This document shows positions 25,455-31,473 of a stretch of 32,000 nt of DNA, one piece after another. This DNA comes from Microbacterium phage Nebulous. Position 1 is the stretch's first letter; each line of letters begins with the position of its first letter. Made by a program: the position numbers and the translations under genes. The notes beneath the pieces were generated by a model that saw only the letters and a list, made by a program, of their open reading frames with translations, had not been told where the DNA came from and did not search any database. The stretch is from sequence record MT451984.1; one strand, 5' to 3'.

Positions 25455-26390
25455 TTAGATGAGTTCTTTCATGGGGATGATGGTTGGCTGGAGGTCGGTG
25501 TCCTTGTACCACTGGGGCCAGTGTACACCAATCTTCATGACTCCCCCGGCCTTGTTCTTCATGGTCGGGCGGAGGTACTGCGCTACCGAAGGGTAGACGT
25601 CTGCTGCGGCATCGAGGTCATCCTGGCGACCACGCTCGTCAAGCGGGTCCAGAGGGATGGTGCTGTCCAGCCGAGTGTTCGTGTCGTAGGCCACACTGGG
25701 AAGCAGGAACGCGGCCTGGCCCTCAGTCAGCGTGTGCAGGAACATGCTCAGGTCCTCGCCGTGCAGGCGGTAGGGCTCGGGGCACTTCCGCCAGGAGAAG
25801 CGGTCCAGGTCGAAGAAGATGACGCACGCGGGGAAGCCACCCTTGTCCATCGTGGCGAGGATGCTGGTGTCCACGTCCCCACTGAAGAGCCCCTGCCGTG
25901 CGCTGCCGTAGGCCGCGTCAGGTTCCAGCTCGAACACCCGGTCAGCCATCCTGCAGGCGACGGCCAGGCTGCGCGGCAGGTGATCCTCGGTGGCCTGCCC
26001 TGCCAGCTTCTCGCTCCACCGCCTGGTGTGTGGCTTGCCCTTGTCGTTGATGATGCGCTCCATCAGGGACAGGTGCGTCACGTCGTCGTCCATCATCACG
26101 ATGCGTCGGTGCCCCCGGAAGGACGCTTCCCGCAGGATGGCCGCTCGAGCCGGACCCACGCCGTAGGGGCCGCTGTGCGTGCACACGGTAGCCCAGGGGT
26201 AGGCGCGGCGGTACTCGGACGCCTCAGACGTTCTCACCATGACATGCACCCTGCGCCGGACGCCGGGGCTAGCCTTGGCCAGCGTATCCAGCAGGGTAGC
26301 CGAGCCGGCTCGACTGTAGCTGGGGACATAGATCGGGTAGATCCATGAGGTCTTGCACTGCCTCAGCAGTCTCAGGTGATCGTTAGTCAT
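25455..26390 (-). CDS. GT-A fold glycosyltransferase-like protein (311 aa), candidate DNA-base glycosyltransferase
   Basis: IYVPSYSRAGSATLL...GPARAAILREASFRGHRRIVMMDDDVTHL (DxD-type motif after the GxxxARN-like helix), VIFFDLDRF, PYRLHGEDLSMFLHTL (acidic ED catalytic-like motif). Start MTNDHLRLL at 26390. Confidence 0.7.
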   Translation of the reverse strand: MTNDHLRLLRQCKTSWIYPIYVPSYSRAGSATLLDTLAKASPGVRRRVHVMVRTSEASEYRRAYPWATVCTHSGPYGVGPARAAILREASFRGHRRIVMMDDDVTHLSLMERIINDKGKPHTRRWSEKLAGQATEDHLPRSLAVACRMADRVFELEPDAAYGSARQGLFSGDVDTSILATMDKGGFPACVIFFDLDRFSWRKCPEPYRLHGEDLSMFLHTLTEGQAAFLLPSVAYDTNTRLDSTIPLDPLDERGRQDDLDAAADVYPSVAQYLRPTMKNKAGGVMKIGVHWPQWYKDTDLQPTIIPMKELI

Positions 26391-26631
26391 GGCTCCTCCA
26401 GCCGTCCCATTCGTACTCGCCGCGCAGGGCACGGCCCGTGACGTCGTGAACTTGGGAGTACATGCCCTCCCTAGTCTTCACTGTCTCGAACTTGCCCTCT
26501 TCGTGGGGCATGTTGAGCTCCCTGGCGATGAGGTCCTCCACCGGCTCGATGATGTGGAAGTGATCGCGCCCCTCGGGCACTGCGGTCTCGCGGTCATGCC
26601 AGGGTCCGCCGTTCAGGTGGATCTTCTGCAC
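26383..26631 (-). CDS. Hypothetical protein (82 aa from GTG 26631; ORF can be read from ATG 26679)
   Basis: SD AAGGAGAC lies 6 nt before GTG 26631 giving MQKIHLNGGPWHDRETAVPEGRDHFHIIEP. ATG 26679 lies in a hairpin loop with no SD. Confidence 0.65.
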   Translation of the reverse strand: MQKIHLNGGPWHDRETAVPEGRDHFHIIEPVEDLIARELNMPHEEGKFETVKTREGMYSQVHDVTGRALRGEYEWDGWRSHD

Positions 26632-26655
26632 CGTCTTGTCTCCTTGAGTGTGGCC

Positions 26656-26692
26656 AGCCCCCGCCCCTTGGGTAGTCATCAGGGCGGGGGCT
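26656..26692 (-). terminator. Very stable hairpin, probable terminator
   Basis: Perfect 11-bp G/C stem AGCCCCCGCCC/GGGCGGGGGCT with a 15-nt loop, 7 bp past the stop of the 26699-26857 ORF. Confidence 0.7.
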
Positions 26693-26698
26693 AGCGGC

Positions 26699-26857
26699 TC
26701 AGAGCTTAGTGCGACCGTTGGGTCGCTTCGGAAAGAGCTGGCGGATGCCACGGGCCAGGCCCACAGCGACGGCGAAGACGAGGATCAGTGCCCCCAGCCA
26801 GGCCAGCACGTAGAAGGACCAGACCATGAAGACCCAGAGGGCGTCCCAGAGCGGCAT
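26699..26857 (-). CDS. Small membrane protein (52 aa)
   Basis: MPLWDALWVFMVWSFYVLAWLGALILVFAVAVGLARGIRQLFPKRPNGRTKL. TGATG overlap with the upstream gene. Confidence 0.7.
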   Translation of the reverse strand: MPLWDALWVFMVWSFYVLAWLGALILVFAVAVGLARGIRQLFPKRPNGRTKL

Positions 26858-27621
26858 CAGCGGTCCTCCCCAATGTGGGGCCAAGTTCCGTTCTCCGGGA
26901 AGCCCTGCCACACCCTGCGGTCCAGCCGCTCCTCGGTGTCGGCTGCGGTGTCGGCCAGGAGCTGGAAGTGGCGCGGGTAGACGTGCAGGTTGGCCACCTG
27001 GAAGGTGATGTTTCCACGGGTGAGCTCGGGGTAGGCGTGCTCCAGGTTGCCCAGCAGGAAGTCCATCAGCGTGTTCCACATGCTGTAGTCGGCACGGTAG
27101 CCGAACACCGCGTCCATGCTGCGCATCTGGGCGACGATGTGAAGCTGGTCCTCGTCGTCGATCATGAAGTTCAGCGCGTTGGTGCAGATGAAGTCGTTCC
27201 GGCCGTTGTAGTGGGCCAGCTGATGGATGTCCCTGTCGCTGATGATGGCGACTGCGTGCCGGGTGCCCTTGCCTTCCTGGAGGAAGGTGTCCACCACGCG
27301 GTCGAACAGGGTGGGCGGCTGCGGCAGGCGGTCACCACGCCCGAAGAGGATGTAGCCGTAGGCGCTGTTCACCTTGCCGTCCGTGCCTGCGCACGCCTGG
27401 AAGAGTGCGGGCACCGGAGCCTCCATGTCGGCGAGCTTGTCGCTGCCGCTGTAGAACCAGTCCAGCTCGCGCCGGACCCAGTCCTTGTTGACCTGGCCAA
27501 TCATGGAATCCTGATCGGCGATCCAGTTGGCCGAGTAGAGGACTCGGTTGCCGGTTCGCTCGTCGACCGGCGCTGCCGCCAGGGCCAGGACGATGTCGTC
27601 AATGGAATTCGTGCGAAGCAT
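26857..27621 (-). CDS. Thymidylate synthase/dCMP hydroxymethylase superfamily protein (254 aa), probably dCMP-directed
   Basis: FICTNALNFMIDDEDQLHIVAQMRSMDAVFGYRADYSMWNTLMDFL aligns without gaps to the TS block PCH..QF...QRSxDxFLGxPFNIAxYA, with Asp in place of the dUMP-binding Asn. Start MLRTNSIDDIVLAL at 27621. Confidence 0.8.
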   Translation of the reverse strand: MLRTNSIDDIVLALAAAPVDERTGNRVLYSANWIADQDSMIGQVNKDWVRRELDWFYSGSDKLADMEAPVPALFQACAGTDGKVNSAYGYILFGRGDRLPQPPTLFDRVVDTFLQEGKGTRHAVAIISDRDIHQLAHYNGRNDFICTNALNFMIDDEDQLHIVAQMRSMDAVFGYRADYSMWNTLMDFLLGNLEHAYPELTRGNITFQVANLHVYPRHFQLLADTAADTEERLDRRVWQGFPENGTWPHIGEDR

Positions 27622-27644
27622 GAGTCCTCCTTGGACTGCTGTAG

Positions 27645-27672
27645 GGTGCCCCCAGTCTATACCAGGGGCACC
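27645..27672 (-). terminator. Terminator-like hairpin upstream of the TS-fold gene
   Basis: GGTGCCCC...GGGGCACC: perfect 8-bp stem, 12-nt loop, 9 bp past the stop of the 27681-27995 gene. Confidence 0.6.
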
Positions 27673-27680
27673 GGTCAACG

Positions 27681-27995
27681 CTAGGGGCAAGTGCCCTCAG
27701 CGTCTTCCGCGAGGGCTGCTGCCAGCTCGCGGGAAGCTTCAAACTGGGCGATCTTGACGTTGGCTGCTGCCAGCTTGCGCTCCAGGATCTGGATGTCGAT
27801 TCGGGCCTTGCGCAGTTCCGCCCGCAAGGCATGGGCCGACTTGGGCTTGCACTGCTCCCAGCGGAGGTACTCCTCGCGCCACTTGAGGCGGTCCTCTTCG
27901 GGCAGGTCAGCCCACTGCTGAGGCGTGTGCCCGTGACGCAGGTAGTGGGCCTTCGTGGCCGACCAGATGCTCTTGTCAGTGATGAAGTCAGTCAT
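27681..27995 (-). CDS. Hypothetical protein (104 aa) with C-terminal coiled-coil
   Basis: MTDFITDKSIWSATKAHYLRHGHTPQQWADLPEEDRLKWREEYLRWEQCKP...AELRKARIDIQILERKLAAANVKIAQFE. SD 'aaggagaac'. Confidence 0.75.
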   Translation of the reverse strand: MTDFITDKSIWSATKAHYLRHGHTPQQWADLPEEDRLKWREEYLRWEQCKPKSAHALRAELRKARIDIQILERKLAAANVKIAQFEASRELAAALAEDAEGTCP

Positions 27996-28005
27996 GGTGT
28001 TCTCC

Positions 28006-28179
28006 TTAGAAGCTGGAAGCCAGCTCGGTCCACTGGTCGCGAGTGAGGTTCGTGGTGCCGTCAGCGTTGATGTGGCGAAAGTAGTACCCGCTGAACTGCT
28101 CCCACTCCTCCTCGGTCCAACCGTTCTCGTCAACGAGGTAGGAGCGGACCTGGGCTTCGGTGGGGGCTGCGGTGTTCAT
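28006..28179 (-). CDS. Small protein (57 aa), absent from the supplied track
   Basis: MNTAAPTEAQVRSYLVDENGWTEEEWEQFSGYYFRHINADGTTNLTRDQWTELASSF; ATG 28179, TAA 28006. Confidence 0.75.
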   Translation of the reverse strand: MNTAAPTEAQVRSYLVDENGWTEEEWEQFSGYYFRHINADGTTNLTRDQWTELASSF

Positions 28180-28185
28180 GACTTC

Positions 28186-28214
28186 AGCTTAGCCGTTGTT
28201 CAAGAACACCGCAA
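28186..28214 (-). promoter_or_regulatory. Sigma70-like promoter D: TTGCGG-17-TAAGCT, placed for leaderless transcription
   Basis: The -10 ends 6 nt before ATG 28179. 16-nt identity (AACTTGGGGGTTGCGG) with promoter A. Confidence 0.6.
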
Positions 28215-28223
28215 CCCCCAAGT

Positions 28224-29099
28224 TCAACTTCTTATGAACTGCGCCGGGATGAGCGTGTTGAAGTGCTCGCCCCGGACGTAGGGCGTGCCCGTGCCCCGGT
28301 CACCCTTGCGCACCATCCTCGCGTATTTGGAATACTCGCAGAAGACGTTCTGGATGTCCATCAGGCTGGGCGGTCGGCCGTTGCTGAATGGCAGCGTGGG
28401 CAGGCGTTCCACGGGGAATCGGTTGATGGCGACCTGGGCCTGCACCTGGGTCGCATCCTTGCCCAGCCCCAGCATCTCACCGACACCCTTGCGGCTGCCG
28501 GGGCCGGCGAGGATGTAGCTGTTCTCCTGATCCGGCTCACCCCTGGTGTACCCAAGGTCCGTCGCGATCTGCATCGCCAGGAACGGCCCGATGCCAGGCG
28601 TCTCCTCCAGCAGCATGACACGTGTGGCCAAGTCGCCGACCTCAGCCACATGACCCAACCAGTTCGCCGCCCTGGGGAACACGTCCTTCATCTTCTCCAC
28701 CGTGCCTCTGGGGTCACCAGGCTTGATGAGGATGATGTAGGCACCATTCAGGAAGGCACCGGGCCGCGCTGCCACCACGGGGGCCACGACCTTGTCGTAC
28801 CACTTCGGGTTGAAGATGTCCTCGGCTGCGGGGACGTACCCATCGTTCTTGGCGATGATGTCGTCAAAGCTGTCTGGACGGTTGACCTGGCGGTACAGGT
28901 AGGACAGTGCCACCCTGTCGATGAGCTCGTCGTGCAGGTCCATCAGCTCCAGAAGGTACTGGCTGCCACGGTCCAGCACCCGGAACACGTTGGTGAACTT
29001 GCGAGTGGACAGGATCTTGGACTTGACGGGCTTGCCCTCCCAGAGCCGGTGCCGCGCCTTGGCGAAGTTCACCACGGTGTCAACGCTGTCGAGCCGCAT
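28224..29099 (-). CDS. Alpha-glutamyl/putrescinyl-thymine pyrophosphorylase (aGPT-Pplase) / 5-hmdU DNA kinase helical domain (HMUDK_hel)-like protein, 291 aa
   Basis: STRKFTNVFRVLDRGSQYLLELM (family-like FTNxxRxxDRxSQ motif) and ETPGIGPFLAMQIATDLGYTRGEPD (helix-hairpin-helix-like GIGxFLAxQIxxDL). Start MRLDSVDTVVNFAK at 29099. Confidence 0.72.
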   Translation of the reverse strand: MRLDSVDTVVNFAKARHRLWEGKPVKSKILSTRKFTNVFRVLDRGSQYLLELMDLHDELIDRVALSYLYRQVNRPDSFDDIIAKNDGYVPAAEDIFNPKWYDKVVAPVVAARPGAFLNGAYIILIKPGDPRGTVEKMKDVFPRAANWLGHVAEVGDLATRVMLLEETPGIGPFLAMQIATDLGYTRGEPDQENSYILAGPGSRKGVGEMLGLGKDATQVQAQVAINRFPVERLPTLPFSNGRPPSLMDIQNVFCEYSKYARMVRKGDRGTGTPYVRGEHFNTLIPAQFIRS

Positions 29100-29253
29100 G
29101 GCGCTCTCCGTGTCGGGCCAGGCTGTCGCCGCACGCTGGCGTCGGGTGACCCTCCAGGGCCATGCGCTCCAGCTTGGCAACGGGCCACGTCTCGCGGATG
29201 GCCGTCAGTGCTGACGCCGTGATGCTCTCCCAGGTTCTGGGAAACTCAACCAT
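29080..29253 (-). CDS. Possible small protein (57 aa)
   Basis: MVEFPRTWESITASALTAIRETWPVAKLERMALEGHPTPACGDSLARHGERHAARQR fills the gap between 29099 and 29246 in the operon direction. Confidence 0.45.
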   Translation of the reverse strand: MVEFPRTWESITASALTAIRETWPVAKLERMALEGHPTPACGDSLARHGERHAARQR

Positions 29254-29596
29254 TCCCACGGCGCTTCCTCCTTTCCTTCTTGGGCGGTGTCCCGTCCGTC
29301 TCGATGGCGATCGTGACTTGGGTGATGCACTCCCCGAAGTCGTCACGATTGTAGGCGTGCATCGCGGCCTCCAGCGCAGGCAGCGCCACTCGGCAGATCG
29401 CAACCTGCTTCGTGTTGCTGGGGCTGGTGCCGTCGTACTTCTCCTGGGACCGGAGCTGGTGGTACTCGCCCTTCTGCAAGTGCGCCAGCGTCTCACCGAT
29501 GACCTCGTGGGCCTGATCGCTGATCTCGCCGTTGATGCTGCCCTCGTTGAGCAGCTCCACCAGCACCCGGCCAGCCATGCGCCGATCAGCGTTCAT
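29246..29596 (-). CDS. Hypothetical protein (116 aa)
   Basis: Protein-like ORF (MNADRRMAGRVLVELLNEGSINGEISDQAHEVIGETL...) with end-to-start overlaps with its neighbours. Confidence 0.65.
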   Translation of the reverse strand: MNADRRMAGRVLVELLNEGSINGEISDQAHEVIGETLAHLQKGEYHQLRSQEKYDGTSPSNTKQVAICRVALPALEAAMHAYNRDDFGECITQVTIAIETDGTPPKKERRKRRGNG

Positions 29597-29844
29597 GTGA
29601 TGTCCGCCGTGAAGTAGAGGCCCACCAGTCCGTCCAGGTTGAGGTCCGGGAAGGCGTTGCGCATCTCCAGATACGTCATGATGCGGGGCTCGGGGTTGCG
29701 GGTGACCAGCGTCTTCCGGGCTCCCTGGGCAATGGCCTCGAACTTCTCGTCGGCTGCGGCCTGCGCACGCTGGAGCGTGTCGTACCGCTGATTGTCCCAG
29801 AGCTCGGTGCTGGCGAAGATGACCGCGTAGGCCAGCGCCATCAC
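29593..29844 (-). CDS. Hypothetical protein (83 aa)
   Basis: ORF overlaps both neighbours by 4 nt (ATGA-type). Confidence 0.65.
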   Translation of the reverse strand: MMALAYAVIFASTELWDNQRYDTLQRAQAAADEKFEAIAQGARKTLVTRNPEPRIMTYLEMRNAFPDLNLDGLVGLYFTADIT

Positions 29845-30479
29845 TCAGCCCTCAGCACGGTCGCCGCGTGGTCGGTCATCGTGTTGCTGCCGTCCATGGC
29901 GATGCCGACAGCCGTGGCCCCAGGTGCGCCGGTCTCCTCGGCGTGGGCGATGGCCTCCTCGGCAGCACCTTCGCAGAACTGGCAGTTGGGATGAGCGTAT
30001 TCGACGATCCACTGCGTTGCCTGGGCTGGCTGCTGCTCGCCGTAGAGGATGTCAATGACCTTCAGGACAGCGTCCTGGGCCTTGTGGGGCTTGTCTTCGT
30101 AGTACCCCTTGGACTGCAGGACGAGACTGATCTGGCTGAGCTTGGCAGAGCGCTCGTTGAACTGCTCCTTGAGGCCCTCGTGGTCCTCCATGAAGCACTT
30201 GTGGCCGTCGTCAGCAGCCTTGCGGATCTGGACCCACACCGCCTCACGCTGGTCCGGCGTCCAGGTGTTCCAGCGGGCAGCGAACTCACCTGCCGTGGCG
30301 ATCTCGGTGCCTGGAGCCGGCTCGTTGGTCGCGTCGTCCAGCGTGGTGCCAGGCTTCAGCTCGTCGACCTGCTCCAGAAGGATGCGGATGGCGTCCTCCT
30401 TGGTGACGTGCTCGTCCAGAGCCGTGATCATCGTGTGCAGGTTGGCCACATAGGCCTCCTGCCAAGTCGTGTCGGCCAT
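29841..30479 (-). CDS. Hypothetical protein (212 aa)
   Basis: ORF in operon phase. Contains HPNCQFCEGAAEEAIAH near the C-terminus. Confidence 0.72.
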   Translation of the reverse strand: MADTTWQEAYVANLHTMITALDEHVTKEDAIRILLEQVDELKPGTTLDDATNEPAPGTEIATAGEFAARWNTWTPDQREAVWVQIRKAADDGHKCFMEDHEGLKEQFNERSAKLSQISLVLQSKGYYEDKPHKAQDAVLKVIDILYGEQQPAQATQWIVEYAHPNCQFCEGAAEEAIAHAEETGAPGATAVGIAMDGSNTMTDHAATVLRAE

Positions 30480-30754
30480 CAGCTGAACATCCCGACCGGC
30501 GCGTAGTTGTCCACGAGCTTGGCGTAGGTGAACCGGCGGAGCTTGCCGACCGTGTGCGGGGCCTTGGGTGCCTTGACGACCTTCATGACGCCCTGGGAGC
30601 TGAGCGTGGGCAGCGCCACGATCTCGACCTCGCGGTGCTTCGGCTTGGCCTTGCCCGTCTTGCCCCGGTCGGTGTTCCGGATGTCGATGTCGTAGAAGTG
30701 GTCACCCACCTTCACGTGATTGCTGAGCTCGATGGCGTTGAACTTGCGTGACAT
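30479..30754 (-). CDS. Hypothetical protein (91 aa), first gene of the leftward unit
   Basis: MSRKFNAIELSNHVKVGDHFYDIDIRN..., SD 'taggaggc' before the ATG. Confidence 0.7.
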   Translation of the reverse strand: MSRKFNAIELSNHVKVGDHFYDIDIRNTDRGKTGKAKPKHREVEIVALPTLSSQGVMKVVKAPKAPHTVGKLRRFTYAKLVDNYAPVGMFS

Positions 30755-30825
30755 GGGTGCCTCCTACGGCGTCCGGTTCAGTGTGACACGCCAGCCCCAG
30801 CTAGTGCCGTGGGGCGGCTGTGCCC

Positions 30826-30855
30826 AGTATGCCCTATAGATACCTATAAGAGCAA
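30826..30855 (-). promoter_or_regulatory. Sigma70-like promoter E: TTGCTC-18-CATACT, driving the leftward unit
   Basis: Same hexamers and spacing as promoter C. Its spacer is occupied by the dyad CTTATAGGTATCTATAGGG. Confidence 0.6.
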
Positions 30856-30889
30856 CCCTCAACCCAGATCCCCTATAGGTACTTATACG
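30832..30889. promoter_or_regulatory. Pair of operator-like dyad sites
   Basis: CCCTATAGATACCTATAAG (30832-30850) and CCCTATAGGTACTTATACG (30871-30889): 16/19 identity, consensus dyad TATAGGTACCTATA, centres 39 bp apart. Confidence 0.6.
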
Positions 30890-31117
30890 CGCGCCCGCGC
30901 CCGCTATCTATAATCATAAAGACACCCTTAGTAACCCGAGCTAGCCCTCAGGGCTAAGCGAGGGTGGAGAACCGAGAGTGACACTGCGCTCAACATCCAA
31001 CGCGCCTACCGCACAGCAGCTCCGGAGGGATGCACGCTCGCTCAGGCCTGACGGCCCGCTCGCGCACATCACGCTGACTGGCTCGGCGCTTGCCCCATGG
31101 AAGTTTTCGCTTGTGTG

Positions 31118-31146
31118 TTGCGCTGGGGCTGCGGTGCTGCTACCTT
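31118..31146 (+). promoter_or_regulatory. Sigma70-like promoter F: TTGCGC-17-TACCTT, driving the rightward genes
   Basis: 43 bp upstream of ATG 31189. A/T-richer tract GGAAGTTTTCGC upstream, as in promoters B and C. Confidence 0.5.
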
Positions 31147-31188
31147 GGCCGTAGTGCAACCAGCACCCCCACAGAAAGAAGAACTCAC

Positions 31189-31473
31189 ATGTCCATCCCT
31201 CCGGTGAACCCCGACGGGCAGTCGCTTGACTACAGCCCTCAGTCGTCGGCTCTTCACGTCGCTGGTCCTGCGGCTCAGTTGGAGCAGCAGGTCCTCACCC
31301 CTTCCAAGAAAGTGAAGGAAGAGCGGGTGAAGGTTGCCCGCGACCGTGCGCAGTACGTCCGCCAGCAGAAGGGCCACTCGTGGGTCATCTGGTGGCTCAT
31401 CCTCGGCCCGCTCACGCTCTGGATCCCTGCGATCTACTTCAGCGTCAGCCCGAACCACTACTGGCACATCTGA
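31189..31473 (+). CDS. Small membrane protein (94 aa)
   Basis: MSIPPVNPDGQSLDYSPQSS...HSWVIWWLILGPLTLWIPAIYFSVSPNHYWHI. SD 'agaaagaagaa'. Start at 31189 preferred over track start 31090. Confidence 0.75.
   Translation: MSIPPVNPDGQSLDYSPQSSALHVAGPAAQLEQQVLTPSKKVKEERVKVARDRAQYVRQQKGHSWVIWWLILGPLTLWIPAIYFSVSPNHYWHI

Noticed and set aside
25398-26348. 316-aa plus-strand ORF, and similar ones at 26875-27684, 28263-29222 and 29868-30506
   Set aside because: Each is antisense to a minus-strand gene that fits a gap-free operon with better start signals. Typical high-GC shadow ORFs.
27645-27690. Additional promoter upstream of the TS-fold gene (TTGACC ... TATAGA)
   Set aside because: Spacing between the best hexamers is about 11 nt, and the TATAGA lies in the loop of the terminator hairpin. 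It does not fit the A-F promoter pattern.
31141-31188. Second TTGC-type promoter immediately before ATG 31189 (TAGTGCAACC region)
   Set aside because: The GTGCAA there is on the opposite strand with no properly spaced -10 in open intergenic sequence.
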